A stretch of DNA of 63,401 nucleotides, filler included, from Octopus bimaculoides (GCF_001194135.2; 12 parts of 9 records of this genome joined end to end with filler, not necessarily neighbours in it); one strand, 5' to 3'. Shown: positions 39,241 through 54,157, numbered from the whole stretch's first letter. Notes: generated from the letters alone by a model not told the origin. Translations and numbers: made by a program.

Positions 39241-39691
39241 GCAATTATAATGTTGAGCTAAAATAGTTGTACCACCACCAACAACCATAATGAAAGAGAG
39301 AATGGTAGAAGCAATAAATGCAGTTAACAACAACAGCCACAGTGCAATAGCAAGGATTCTTCAGAAATGATAAACTACATCAATGAAAAAATACTGTGTT
39401 CACAACCACCACCTCAACGGTTTCTTCTTCCACCACAGACATCATCATTAACACATTCACTCTGATTTCTGAAAACTTCACCACTACCACCAAGAACAGT
39501 AGCAACAACACAAATGTCTTTTGAAGGGTGACAAAATTCCATAAACAAGTTTCCATGGAAAACAAACACAAGAACTTGAACAAAGCAGAAAAAACTTAGG
39601 AAATGAGAAAATAGAGGAATTCAGCTGGCAGTTTCTTTGTAACTATTGGAAAGAACTGCCAAAAGAGTTAATACATACTGCTGTATGACTA

Positions 39692-40330
39692 TTAACCCAA
39701 TAATGTTCAGATTTCTCTGTCATTTATTCACATTGTTTTCAATTTATCATACATTATATTATAGCTTTGAGATTTCAATGATTTAATAGCTTTTTTTAGA
39801 ATGGAAATGTAGAATAGATGTGAGAAGCCTGATCTAGCCAGTTTGAATGTAAAACTGGTAGAATATTTGTGCCAGATACATCCAGTTCAAATGCTAAAGG
39901 GTTAAGTATTATTGGTGCATAATTTTGAAATTTTGAACAACAAAAACAAACAAGTTTTGTTTTTGTATTTGGTTTGCAAGATTCTTTATATGAATCCATG
40001 TGCTGAAAGAAATTTTGTTGTGTCTAGAAAGAGTCATTACACCAATGTTAATAACACATTACTGGTTCAATTCTGCTCTTTTATCTAACTAACTAATCAA
40101 TCATTTGTTTAACTTGTTGGCTAACCCTCTAGCATTCAGATTTCTTTGTCAAATGTAATGCTTATTTATTCACAATGTTTTCAATTTATCATACATTATC
40201 TTGTAGCTTTGAGATTTCAGTGATGTGATTGTTTATTTTTATAATGTCAATGTAGGACAGATGTGAGAGACCTGATCTTGCCAGTTTGAACATAAAAAAG
40301 GTAGAATATTTGGGTTAGATATGATTGGTT
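39692..40330. mobile_element. Two copies (39692-39905, 40121-~40330) of a TTAA-flanked piggyBac-like MITE
   Basis: Ends TTAACCC... and ...AATGCTAAAGGGTTAA; the second copy starts CTAACCCTCTAGCATTCAGA; both share a ~200-bp interior. Confidence 0.7.
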
Positions 40331-41339
40331 TGAATACTATTTGATGGCTACAATGTCTAAGAGGAATATGAAGCAACATAAATTTTTGTAACTCAAGTAA
40401 GCAATATGACTGCATAATAGTGAAATTCCTCACAGAAGTTCTGTCTCAGAAATACTCTATTTTCTTATGCAAATTTGAGGACCTAAGCTCCTTCTCACAT
40501 ACTTTGGTCATCACAGAGGTTAAAATATCAGATGTGCCACTTGATTTACACTCCTAGTGAGTAGTAGAATATGTTGTAATAGAAGGCCTAACTCCCTATT
40601 TGATATTAAAAACATTGAATAGAAAATCGGTTTGGGACTGGAGTGGAGAACTCAATCCAAATAAAACTAGAAACTATGGACAAAATTCCCAACTTTATTA
40701 TATTGCCAAAGGAAGCACAACTGCAGGTCATGATGGTAGTTAGCAGAACTTGGTTCCATACATGTGGGAGCAACAACTACTTGAAGGCCTTCTGTCCACA
40801 ACGATTGAGGGAAGAAGGAAGAAAGCCAACATTGCCTTTGTTGGTATTGTATTTGCAGTTGTCGCAGGTATAACAAAACCTATACCATTGACAGTAGCAA
40901 CAGATGTATCACAACAATAATAAAGAAACAGTATCAGTAGTAGCAGCAGCAAATATAGTAGTAACCCTAACAATAGCAGTGGTGGAGAGCAGTCCCAATA
41001 ACTATAGCAGGAGAGGAAACCAACTGTTGCAGTTCAGTAAACAATTTTCTCACCACCATAGACTTGGCAGATTCAGAAACCACAATGAGCAAAGGGAACA
41101 AAATGTAACAATTACAAAAGATATGCAGAAGTGAAGAGGAAAAGCAACTCACAAAATGGCTACCACAAGTTAAAAGCCAAAAGGCACAAAGGATAGACTG
41201 AAAATCTATCTCTTAACCATCTATTAATATCAACAACACCATCAAAACCACAACAAGAACATAACCAACACTCACAAAAAACCCCCACTTCATTTGGTGT
41301 CTGGAATTTCACCAAAGTGCACACAATCCTTTACCAGTC

Positions 41340-41470
41340 AGAAAATGAGGTTGGTAGAAATTCCACACAGGTGTTCTATAGAGAATTAGTGGAGGACAAA
41401 AGCAATGACATTCCTGGGGAAACTCTGGGGATTGATGAAAATCAACTGACTGGTCTGTTCTGGAAGCTTT
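41340..41470 (+). mobile_element. Possible pogo/Tigger transposase remnant
   Basis: DENQLTGLFWK resembles the Q-x-FN-x-DETGLFWK motif; short and degenerate. Confidence 0.3.
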
Positions 41471-41914
41471 CAATACAAGACCTCTCTTTACTCTTTACTC
41501 TTTTATTTGTTTCAGTCATTTGACTGCGGCCATGCTGGAGCACCGCCTTTAGTCGACCCTGGGACTTATTCTTTGTAAGCTTAATACTTATTCTATCATA
41601 CTTTTGCTTACATTTTGTTTACACCCCCAAAAACCCTCTCTGGTGTTTACCTTGACTTTGTAATGCCCTCCTCTTTGTGTGAACCCAGGTGGCTAATAAC
41701 CATTATTATTGTTGTTGATGTTTAACACAGTATCTTTGCTGGAGAATGTAACAAGGTGTCAGCTGTCCACATCCAGTGGACTAAGGTAACATTTTTCATT
41801 GAGAGTTCAATCTCATTATTATCATTAATATTTTCTCACGCTGGCAGCCTGAGTTTTTGCTGTTTCACAGTGCCCAATTCTATCTGATTATCAGAATTAC
41901 TATTCTTTCACTCC

Positions 41915-43130
41915 GGCAGCTGTTTGTGCCAGGGAAAAGCACCACAGATGCTATATTTCTGGTAATACAGCTGCAGGAGAAATACCTAGCCAAAGATAAA
42001 CCTCTGTACCTGGCTTTCGTTAACATGGAGAAAGCCTTTGACAGGGTCCCCTGATCCTTTATCTGGTGGTCAATGTGGAAACTAGGAATAGATGAGTGGT
42101 TAGTGAGAGTGGTACAAGCCATGTACAGGGATACTGTCAGTCAGGTGAGAGTTGGCAACAAGTATAGTGAAGAATTTGTCATAGCCCTCCAGGCAATAAC
42201 TGAGGAATTCAAGACAGGAGGCCCCTGGGAGCTTTTCTATGCTGATGACCTTGCTCTAATAGTTGAGTCACTATCAGAACTAGAGAAGTTTCAGGTGTGG
42301 AAACAAGGTCTAGAATAAAAGGGTCTTAAAGTCAATCTACCAAAATCCAAAGTCTTAATAAGTAGGCAGGCAGACAAATCACAAATCCCTTCAGGTAGAT
42401 GGACTTGCTCAATCTGTAGAAAAGATGTAGGTAGAAAATCCATAAGATGTACCCGGTATAAGCTATGGACACATAAGAGGTGCAGCAATATCAAAGCAAG
42501 GCTAACTGGGAAGATAGTTTGTGGAAAATACTCAGGGGCAATAAACACTGAAAATGTGCAGAAAACAGCGTCTGTCACATTCCAGCGTGAAAAACTAGAA
42601 GTAGTTGATAGCTTCTGTTACCTAGGTGACCAAGTCAGTAGCAGAAGTGGATGCTCTGAGAGCATAGCTGTTAGAATAAGAATAGCCTGGGCAAAGTTCA
42701 GAAAGCTCCTACCTCTGCTGGTGACAAAGGGCCTCTTGCTCAGAGTAAAAGATAGACTGTATGACGCATGTGTGCGAACAGCCATGTTACATGGCAGTGA
42801 AACATGGGCTGTGACTGCTGAGGACATGTGCAAGTTTGCAAGGAATGAAGCTAGTATGCTCCGCTGGATGTGTAATGCCAGTATGCATACATGACAGAGT
42901 GTAAGTGCCTTCAGAGAAAAGTTGGACATAAGAAGCATCAGATGTGGTGTACAAGAGAGACAACTGCACTGGTATGGTCATGTGTTGCATATGGATGAGG
43001 ACAGCTGTGTGAAAAAATGTCACACCCTAACAGTAGAGGGAACTTGTGGAAGAGGTAGACCCAGGAAGACTGGGGATGAGATTCTGAAACATGACCTTCG
43101 AACGTTGGGCCTCACAGAGGCAATGACAGG
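41915..43130 (+). mobile_element. RTE LINE RT region, same family as 23860-26400
   Basis: STTDAIFLV.QLQEKYL, FVNMEKAFDRVP, ELFYADDLAL, LEVVDSFCYLGD, LHGSETWAV, WYGHV, GRGRPRKT. Confidence 0.93.
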
Positions 43131-46100
43131 TCTTCCTGGGCCTACCTCTTCCACGGGTTCCCTCAACTGTTAGGGNNNNNNNNNNNNNNNNNNNNNNNNN
43201 NNNNNNNNNNNNNNNNNNNTTAATTAATTAANNNNNNNNNNNNNNNNNNNNNNNNNNNNNNNNNNNNNNNNNNNNTATATATATATATATATATATATAC
43301 ATATATACAACGGGCTTCTTTCAGTTTCCGTCTACCAAATCCACTAACAAGGCTTTGGTTGGCCCGAGGCTATAGTACAAGACACTTGCCCAAGGTGCCA
43401 CACAGTGGGACTGAACCCGGAACCATGTGGTTGGTAAGCAAGCTACTTACCACACAGCCACTCCTGCGCCTATATGATGAGCTTTTTTCAGTTTCTGTCT
43501 ATGAAATCCACTTTGGTTGGCCCAGAGTTATAGAAGAAGACACTTGTCCATGCAGTGGGGCTGAACCTGAAATCTTGTGTTTGGGAAGCAAACTTCTTAA
43601 CCACGCAGCCAAAGCTAATTACAGTCCCAATTACGATATATTGTAGGAATATAAATCAACCCCAGTATTTGACTAGTACTTAATTGTTTTTCTTAATCCC
43701 TGAAGGATTAAGGGTAAAGTTGACATCAGCAGGATTTGAACTCTGAATATAAAGAGTTGTAACTAAATACTTCAAGGTATTTTGTCTGATGCACTAATAG
43801 TTTTGCCAATGTCACTCTTTCCTGGATGTAACAAACAACCATAAATGGATGTTCTTGCATGAAAGGATCTTTAGCAAGTTGAGTGGTTTCTTTATGAATG
43901 TTATAACTGAAGGAAATAGACAGTAGGTATTAGGAAGCAGTCATTCAAGTATTGAAGGCTTTCATTTTTGTCTTAATAGCAACCAAATAAGTTTTAATGA
44001 ACTACTTAGGTGAGAAATATCTCTAGGTTTTGGAAAAGTGTTATACAGTTGACAGATGGACAGAGAAATGGTAGAAATTACTGCTTTTGCTGTCTAGTTG
44101 ACTAAAGTATAAAGCATATTTGTTGCCATGAATTATCAACATTTAAATGAGGAGAGAAGTCCATCCAATTAGTCAGAAATAGAAATGATTGAAAATGTGG
44201 GGAGGCTCTTCTGCAAATCCTTTTCTGCCTCGTACCAACTACATGAAAATACTGATAAAAGATGATGAAAATGATGATGATGAAGTGAACAAAAGATGGA
44301 GGAATACAAGGAAGATTAGATGTATTTGGTTTTAGTTTTAGTTTGAACACACCATTACCATGTTTATAATTTTTTAAAATTCTGTGTTTGGTCACAATGA
44401 TGATGTAGAAAGCTTGTTTTTGTTTATAACTAATATAGGCATGGTTGTGTTGCTAAGATGTATGCTTTGTAACTATGCAGTTTGGAGTTCAGCTCCACTG
44501 CATGGCACCTTGGGTAAGTGTCTTTATTTATTAGTCCCCAGGTCAAACAAAGCCTTGTAAGGGAATTTGGTAGATTGGATACTGTAGGAAGGTTGTTCTG
44601 TATGTATGTTGCTATTGTTGTCGTCGACATTATGACTAGTCGTTTTGGACTTTCAAAAGATCTGGGAAATGAAAAAGAAACTTTTTATTCGTAAAACAGG
44701 AAGAAGAAAGGGATAAAAATTATGATACTGGTAATGAGGATACTGTTGATAATGATGATGATGATGATGATGATGGTGGTAGTAGTTGTGGGTAGTGGTG
44801 GCGGTGGCAGCGGCGGTGGTGGTGGTGATGATGGCGGTGGTAGTGATGCAAATATCATCATCATCATTGACAGCAATGGCAGTACAAGTATTTTCAGATT
44901 TATTATTAAATAGAAACTTGATTAAAGCTATAACTTTGTTTTTATCTTAACAGCTGGTTGTCTAAGAGTTGGGAGATATCAGCTTTTGCTTAGTCACAGA
45001 TGGTGAGTGAACTAATGTAAACACAGCACTTAATACCCATCAAAGAAATTAAGTGGGTGGTGTGAGCTTGTTTCAAAAGACAGAGGTTGTTGTACTTGCA
45101 AAGCAGGTGTATATTGGAGTGGCGTTTCACTGATTTACTTTCTTATAACCATGGCAGTAGAAGCACTCACTTCTTGATTTTCTTGAACAACTTTGAAGGC
45201 TCAAGGTTAAATCAGTCACATCTAAGCATAAACTGAATATTTTAACATTGCCTAATATGGTTGGCTGTTATTCTGTCACTGTGTGATTTTATATAAGAAT
45301 GTGTGTTTGTGAATTCATTTAATATTAAAGTGTTTGTGTTTATGAATTTCACTGTGAAAGGTTTAATTCATTCTCATACTTAACACATGCATTCTGAAAT
45401 ACATGTTATTTTTAATGTTTAAATATGCTTTTCCAAAACATGGTTATTTATGTTTCAAAATGTTGTCAATAAGAAAATATGGAAACAATATTTGAATTCA
45501 CTGTTGTAACTATTAAATATTAAAATAATGATGAATGAAACAAATATATATGCACATTTCATATTTGCATTTCCTAACAAGATCTATTTTAAAATTATTT
45601 GGTTTCCTCCTCCTTACACATTTTTAAGAACTTCAGTCAGTGTTTAATGATTTTAGCAACAAGAGTGAGAATGTTGAAAAATCTTAGGGAGAAAAATAAT
45701 CATTAAACTGAAAATAGAAATAATAACTATGTTCTATAGTAATATATGAGCAGTTAACCTTATGATGTATAACATCCAATTTAAAGTATTTAATCATATA
45801 ACATATAATTACTTACATAGAAAGATGACAAGAACTTGGTTTTAATTTTCTCATTATAATTGCTATATGTGAATAAAACTAGCAAACAATATATTATTCC
45901 TATGAATAAATAACAACATTCAATCATGAAAATAGGTGTAAAAGCAGCAGCTTTAAGATCCCACACTGAAAAAAAGTAAGTTTTCCAAATCTTAATCAGA
46001 ATACATGTGACCAGAGTTCCATGGTGGTGTATTTCAATAATACTGTGTATGTGATTTGCACTCTAAAATTGGATCAGAAATTAATGCTTTTATTTTGACA

Positions 46101-46471
46101 GGAATATTGTATTGCCAATTAATGTGTTGCGGGGGATTAATTTGTGGCGTACTTCTCAAAATAAAGTCTGTTAATTCTCTGCAAGAAATTCTTTCTGCAG
46201 CTGTTGTTGTAATGTAGCACCTCCAGATCGTTTCAGGTTTTAATCAATCACCAATAGCAGTGAAGTTTGTTTAGGATATGTATATATATAATCCAAGTTT
46301 AGAGAATGGGGTAGGTAAAATCCAGGCTAAATATGTTTCCTAGTTAGGAGAACCTTGGAGATAATAATTACTCAATGAGGGGTACTTATCAGGCAGTACT
46401 CAACGAAAGGGTACTCAGTGAAGCTTATTAAATTCCTACTCCTGGATCCTTGGATCTTGCCTTTACATATA

Positions 46472-46589
<118 letters not shown>

Positions 46590-48439
46590 CATATATCCGG
46601 TCTACTTGCCATAATGTGATTTATTTTGATAGAATTGATAACGACTTTATAGTATTTTTTAGCAGATACCCAGACAGATAAAGAAGCCCTTTACATCCAG
46701 AGTTCAAATCTCACTAATGTCAATTTTATCTTTCATGTCTTCTGAAGGCTTTATTAAGTACCAGTCAAAAACTAGAGTCAGTTTATATCCCTTCAATGTA
46801 TCCAAGATGTGGTTGAATTATAACAAAAGAAAAAGACAACAAGATCTCACTGTGTTCTGACTCTATGGCCCTATCATTTATAGAGCTGTGCATTGCCTAC
46901 AGTGGTTCACTATTGAATGAGAAGATGATTATTTTAAATGAAACATGGAACAGAATTCCACTTACATATTAACAGAGGAAGAAATCAAACCTTTCACCTT
47001 AGACTTCTTTGCTGTTCACATATCTACATTATAGACTATCGTATTGGGGTCTTTGTGTGGTTGTTAAGCCTGTTAAAAACAACAGTCAAATCTTCCTTTA
47101 GTTACTTCTTTCTACTTTGAACCAGGAAGGACACACAAAGTAATACAGCCCTTGGAACATTGAATAAAAGATGGGATGGTCACTATTGAAATGCCTTTGA
47201 TAGTATTTCAGTTTTATCAGAGCTGAACTGAGGTTAGCAACAACAGCAGCGAAACATCACTACATGTTTTATGAATATTGTAGATGTGTGAGTAAAACTT
47301 GTTTTGCACTTGTTATCATTTGACCCAAGGATACAACATTTACTGATAGTATTTTGCTTTATATTATGTTTTGGACATCAATAAAAAGGGACTTACCTTC
47401 CTTTGCACTATTAAGTATGCAGATGCATTAGCAAAAGTATAGATCTGAATTGTATCCCTAGTTTCTGTAAAAATACTTGTGTTTTTTTTTATCAATTTCC
47501 ATGAAACATCTTATTGATGGTTGATGTTGCCACCAATGCTGGTTCACATGATATCATGTAAAAGTGCCTGCGTGGAGTCATGAAAAAGTGCCCTTGCAGT
47601 TCCATGTAAAAGCACCCTTGTGGTACGATGTAAAAGCATCCAGCACACTCTGTAAAGTGGTTGGCATTAGGAAGGGCATCCAGCTCTGGCCACACCATCC
47701 AGCCCATGGCAGAATGGACAACTAATATTAAATGAAATGATGATGATATATACATATATATATTTATCATATACTGCACCTCTTGTGTGGGTACACTGAA
47801 TGAAATTTCTACTTACACTCCTTTCTATATATATATGTGAATATGGCGAGAATGGATGCTGGTGTGTTTACATCCCTGTAACTTAGCGGTTCGGCAAAAA
47901 GGGACCGATAGAATAAGTACTAGGCTTCCAAAGAATAATTCCTGGGGTTGATTTACTCGACTAAAGGCGGTGCTCCAGCATGGCTGCAGTCAAATGACTG
48001 AAACAAGTAAAAGAGTAAAAGAGTATATATGTACACGCATGTGTGTGTGTGTGTGTGCATGTTTTTGTATCTTTTATCTTTCACTTGTTTCAGTCATTTG
48101 ACTGTCGCCATGCCTTGAGGAATTTTAGTTGAACTAATTGATCCCAATACTTATTTTCCTTTTCAACCTGCCACTTATTCTATCAGTCTATTTTGCCGAA
48201 CTGCTAAGTTGCATGGGACATAAACACACCAACACTAGTTGTCAAGTGGTGGGATGGACACACACACATGCAACAGGCTTCTTTCAGTTGCTGTCTACCA
48301 AATTCATTCACAAGACTTTGGTTGGCCTGAAGTTATAGAAGCAGACACTTGCCCAAGGTGTCATACAATAGGATTGAACCCAGAACGATGTGGTTGAGAA
48401 GCAAACATCTTACCACACAGCCCTGCCTGATATATATAT

Positions 48440-48726
48440 GGCCATGTGGTAAGTAGCTTGCTTACCAACCACATGGCTCCGGGTTCAGTCCCACTGCGTG
48501 GCATCTTGGGCAAGTGTCTTCTACTATAGCCTCGGGCCGACTAAAGCCTTGTGAGTGGATTTGGTAGACGGAAACTGAAAGANNNNNNNNNNCCAGCTGT
48601 AAAAACTCTGCCAAATCAGATTGGAGCCTGGTGTAGCCATCTAGTTCACTAGTCCTCAGTCAAATCGTCCAACCCATGCTAGCATGGAAAGCAGACGTTA
48701 AACGATGATGATGATGATGATGATGA
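48440..48726 (+). mobile_element. SINE A head linked (across a 10-N gap) to the RTE 3' tail
   Basis: GTGGTAAGTAGCTTGCTTACC head; tail ACTCTGCCAAATCAGATTGGAGCC...GACGTTAAACGATGATGATG. Confidence 0.8.
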
Positions 48727-49777
48727 TATAAGGTTGTATCAGAAAATTTCTGGACCATGCTTAGAAGATTGTACACTTTCCCTGTGGTAAATAATGTATT
48801 TCATATATTATTTATATTCAGGCACCAAAAAGAACCCCCCAAAAAACCCCCAAAAAACCAATACTGAAGGCTGGTTTCACAAATTTTGTAGTGCATATAT
48901 TTGTCTCTTGGACAGGATGCTAGTCTGTCACAAAATTCTTCACTTTTGCCAGCTGAGTGGACTGGAGCAATGTGAAATGAAGTATTTTGTTTGAGAACAC
49001 AACATATCGTCTGGTCCAAGAATCTTATGATCATGAGTGCATCACCCTATTCCTTAAGCCATGTGCCTCCACAAGTAGGTAACACTGTTTCAAATAATCC
49101 TTTTGGGAATACACACAAAGATCTCAACACAATTTTCTTTCCTCAAAAGCACCACAGAACTATTCTTTTTGTACTTTTCTTGTAGATCTTCCAGTATCAC
49201 CTGGAATTTGTTGAAATTTCTCTCATCTCAAAATGTAACCCCTTCTACGCCTACTCCATGTTGAAAAATGTGACAAAATAAAAGGGAGATAAGTCAAGCA
49301 TGTAAAGAAGTGTGGAACTAGTCAGAAGACAAACTTCAATGGAACGTAACACAAAATGTTTTTGCATGAGAAAATTCTGGCAATCTTTATAACTGATTTT
49401 AATCATGTGAGAGACCTGTTGAATAGTTTGGTAACTTTCTTCAAAGAAGAATCCATAAAATCCCTCTTGTTCTTCCATATTGTAATTTGCTAGTGGCTGG
49501 TCACCTTGAATACTCATCTTGAACTGAGACTCAGCCATGAATCTGCCGTAGTTCTACATTTATATTAAAGTTTTCCTATCTTATGCTTTATGCCCCTAAT
49601 TATGAAACATCATAGGAGCTAAAATAAGAGTCCCTATGTCGTCACCCGACCTACTAAAAATAGTAGCTACATTTTTTCACATTTCACACTTCTTAAGAAA
49701 GGAAAAGACACATTTGTAGTCCTACACATCCCTAAAAATAAACAAAAAACAGAATGATTATGGTTGGGATGCTTTCC

Positions 49778-50012
49778 TATTTCGTTACTGCCCACAAGGG
49801 GCTACACACAGAGGGGACAAACAAGGACAGACAAACGGATTAAGGCGATTATATCGACCCCAGTGCATAGCTGGTACTTATTTAATTGACCCCGAAAGGA
49901 TGAAAGGCAAAGTCGACCTCGGCGGAATTTGAATTCGGAACGTAGCGACAGACGAAATACCGCAAAGCATTTCGACCAGCGTGCTAACGATTCTGCCAGC
50001 TCGCCACCTTCC
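49778..50012 (-). mobile_element. Young SINE family B copy with a perfect 17-bp target-site duplication
   Basis: TGGTTGGGATGCTTTCC at 49761-49777 and 50015-50031. Confidence 0.93.
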
Positions 50013-53000
50013 ATTGGTTGGGATGCTTTCCATCATTGAGTGACTCGATGAGGCCTGACCCAGGGCTAAACAACAACAGTATGCAATCTATAAAAGCGAT
50101 TGATGTATTTAAAAAAAATATTGTATTGCAGTCGCCTGAACTCTCAAAGCATACATAGGTCAATTAAAATTTTGACATTTCCTACATCAGTAGTTGTCTG
50201 AGTGATAAAAAGGAAGCTACTACTCTCTTCCTCAAGAATATATATGAGTGTGTATTGCGTTGATACTTCAAGCTGGGTGACAAACTAATGATACATATTT
50301 GGTTTTGTATAAGAAATGTGTATGTTCCTGTCTGTAACATGATGTAAACAGACGAGTTGTTAGCAGCCTCGCAAGGGGATTGCTACGTATGTCGTTATTT
50401 GCTAAAGTGTTGAAGGATGCACATCAGAGGACAGCGTTGATTTATTTTATCAAAGTCTTTATGCGAACACAGAACATCAAGAAATCCGGGTAGAAAGAGA
50501 AACTGTTCTCAATGTAAACTCTTTGGTTTTGGAAAGATGTACATCATTTCAATGTTAACAAGCCTTTTGGGTATTGGTCTGACAGGAAGATTATTGAAGC
50601 TGTCTCTGGAGGGCAATTCTTTTGCTGTTGGTATTTTCTCATATTTTGCCACACGCATTAGTGCAGAACACCGTAAACTACTTTTCTGTTATGTTCGGTG
50701 AGAAAATAAAATTGTCCATAGATCTACAGTATTTTCATTTCTCATTATTCTCTCTGCTATCCACCTAACACATTAGCAGGAATTTTTAAAATATTATTAG
50801 TATTATTGAGGATAGTGGGATCACACAGAAGTATTGTTGGAGCTACTTAAGCTATTGTTATTTCGAATCCTACCAAATTCAATTTCACCTGTCATACTTT
50901 TAGGGTTGATATAATAAGTGTCAATCAAATACAGGGACCAATTTTTGTTTTTTAAATTGTGCTAAGCATATAAGCCAATATTATGACATTGAACCAATTG
51001 AAGGAGTCTTGACCCGCCAGAAATAGCAGCTAAAACACCATCAACTAGTGGTTTGAAACAAACTGTCATCTGAAAAATAACATGGAAAAGTCATGAGTAT
51101 TTAGTTCTAGTTAAATTCAATTAGCACTTAACTAGAACCAAATAACAATAATATTATGGAAGTACAAGCAAAAGTATTTGGCATTGAATGGGTGTTGAAT
51201 ATATAGAAACACTTTTTTGTTTCATTAAACTTAAATGATTAAATTTGTAAATGAGTTTTCTGCTGGATGTGTACCAGAAGTACGTTTATTATTTGGCTGT
51301 CTAGCCTTAAATATCCAATGGAAGAACAGCCGTGCTGTCATTAGTAGGCCTAATGACATTAATAATATTAATGATGAAGCTTTTACCCAATTCATTAATG
51401 GCCTAAATTTTACTAAGGTATAGTATATTTAGACAATAATGATGTTGATGACTTTATACTCATAAGGAAAATTTTCTCAATGGCATTGATCCTAAGTTTG
51501 TTAAAAAATTAGAGTCCATGTGTTCATTCAATGTCACTAAGGGGTCATTTGAGTATGCTAGATAATTTCACTGGTCTGTGGATATTTTAGTTGCACTGAA
51601 AAAGAAATTCACCAGAGATATATATTGAGATACATGTCTATGGATTAGTTATGTCCCAGCATTCCAATTGACATACATTAAAATGCACTTAGAAATAATT
51701 TTATTAACAGCATCAACCATTTTGATCTGAAAATAACTAATCTAGATTTTGTATATTTATTAGCCCTTACCTTCAAAGTAATCGCAGACATATACCAGTC
51801 ATGCCAAACTGAAGTAATTATCTATTAAACAGAAGTCATCTCCACTGAACTAGACTTGATGTATACATAGTGGAAGATAGATTTAAAGAATGATAATTCA
51901 GCCATACTTCTTTCAGAAATATAGAGAAGAAATGGAAAGCAACTAAACTACTGAATAGTATGTAGCATTTGAGAGAACATTACTATTGCCTTCAACTTTA
52001 AGTGGTAGATTCATAACAGACAGAAACCATTGAAAAATAGTATGAAAATTATGGAATATGCTTAACTAAAGAGAGTCTCATAATCAGCATCATTAATAAA
52101 TCTACAAAGTATGTAAGTATCAGATAAGAGATCCTCACCAAGTCCTGCTACATTGCAAAGTGTCTGCTGAAACATAAGAAAAGTATACCACCACCCAAAT
52201 AAGTGGAATAATTCTGTATTTGTAACTATATTTCTCTTCTTGATTTAAGCCCATATGAAACACACTTGATCTCTATAGTCTCTTCTGTTAACTCACTACA
52301 ATATATAATTATTGATGCTTTATAATTTCAGCTCATTCATTTTCTATATTTACAACCACTTATCAGTTTATTTTAATCTCTTTCCAACTTGTTTTCAACT
52401 AAAATAAGGTAAAGAACTCACTCATAAAATATATGAAAAAGCTATGTGACTTACAATATTTTCAAACATATAATACAAAATTACCACTGATATCCAAGAA
52501 AGAGATTGATATTTAATTTTTTACAGATTTTCTAGAATTTCTGGACATAAAACTCTGAATCACAATGTATTATCACTACTTGACTATATCATATAATATA
52601 TTTAACTGATCACTATGATTTTGCTTGTGTAAACACATAAACAATGAGTCATGCATACATACATATATGCATGCATACATACATACATACATACATAACA
52701 TACGCACACATACACACACACACTGTGTACAGATACACATACATGTATACATTCCCATATTACTAGAGGGAAGAAAGTGAAAATAAACAGAGGCATAAAG
52801 AACTGAATAGTTGTTGGTCATTCCTCATATGGCATCATTCTGAAGGTTTTCTCCTGCAAGGAAACATAAATGAGGAAAGCATTTGGCAATATTAAGAAAA
52901 ATATTCTGTATCTCTACCTGTTTAAATGAAGGTGTTCCTCTCCCCATAGGCCATTCCTTTCATTTTTTCAGTCTCTTCAAATGAAGTGAGGAAATTATCA

Positions 53001-53576
53001 CACTTGAAGGTCTACATTCATATTACTATTATTAAAATAAAATACACACTGACCTTATGATAACTTTGCAAAAAAAAACAAAAAAAACCCTTCTCTTTAA
53101 GTGTTAGTAATAACATTTATTTTATTAAATTATTTTCCAATGATTATTTCATGACTTTATAACTAGTTATATTAGACAGCTTAATTAATGAGATACTGAA
53201 TATGATTGAAAGAATAATGTTTTATGAATATTGCTTATTTTACTGACATAAAAATGTATGTCTTTCAGTGTTTTTGATAAATTGGAAATTAACCAGTGTT
53301 AGTTAATTGTAATCCTTCTTCCTTGGGGATGTCAGAGATCTAAAAGAAAATATATTATTACCAAGATTACGATAAAAGAGTGTAGCTCTTGTAGGCTTAT
53401 CTACTCAAAATAAAGAATGTATTTGCTGACATGATTTGACATTTTCTACTTTCATTTTATTGACTGAATTTTTATTTCTATGCAGTCAGATCATCCAAGA
53501 ATTTTTAGTATGAAATAGTTGTTGTTGATGTACAAGTAATCATATTTGGTGGGTTGTTATTAATATGTTAAGAAAT

Positions 53577-54020
53577 ATATATTAGCAACAGAATCAGTAT
53601 TATCTATCCTCACTTAAATGTGGATGTTCTGTTAGAACAAAATGTTCTGTGGTAGATACCATAAGAGAAACTCTCATATTGGCTTTCAATGTGAAATGCT
53701 CTTTCATTAATACCACTGGCAGGGAGATAAGTCCCTGCTACCTCCAGTGCCAAGACCACCAGATCACATGAATTGACTTTCCTTGGTCTTATCAATGATG
53801 GATGCTCAATTGCTAGAGATAGCAGCGGCTCATCTCCCTGCCAGTGATATATAGAATAACGGTGCCAGATCAAGCACTGGTGCTACAAATAGCCATTGGG
53901 TTTTAAAAAATATATATATCAGCAACAGAGGCAGTATTAATCTCCCTGCCAGTGATATATAGAATAACAGTGCCAGAACAGGCACTGGTACTCCAATTAG
54001 CCAGTGAGCTTGTTAAATAT

Positions 54021-54054
<34 letters not shown>

Positions 54055-54131
54055 ATTAGCGACAGAGGCAATATCAGTACCAAGATGTAATATCTATTTC
54101 CACTTAGACATGGATGTTCTGTTAGAACAAA
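53577..54131. repeat. Compound repeat: two ~107-bp tandem units between ~40-bp direct repeats
   Basis: TCTCCCTGCCAGTGATATATAGAATAAC.GTGCCAGA at ~53834 and ~53941; ATCTAT..CACTTA.A..TGGATGTTCTGTTAGAACAAA at ~53603 and ~54093. Confidence 0.75.
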
Positions 54132-54157
54132 CTATTATTAATATGGTTTCAAAGTTT

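Noticed and set aside
50040-50075. CTCGATGAGGCC...GGCTAAAC as a hammerhead
   Set aside because: Both core segments are broken and there is no stem I or III.
51235-52150. Decayed LINE endonuclease or host gene
   Set aside because: Only short broken frames and no convincing motif.
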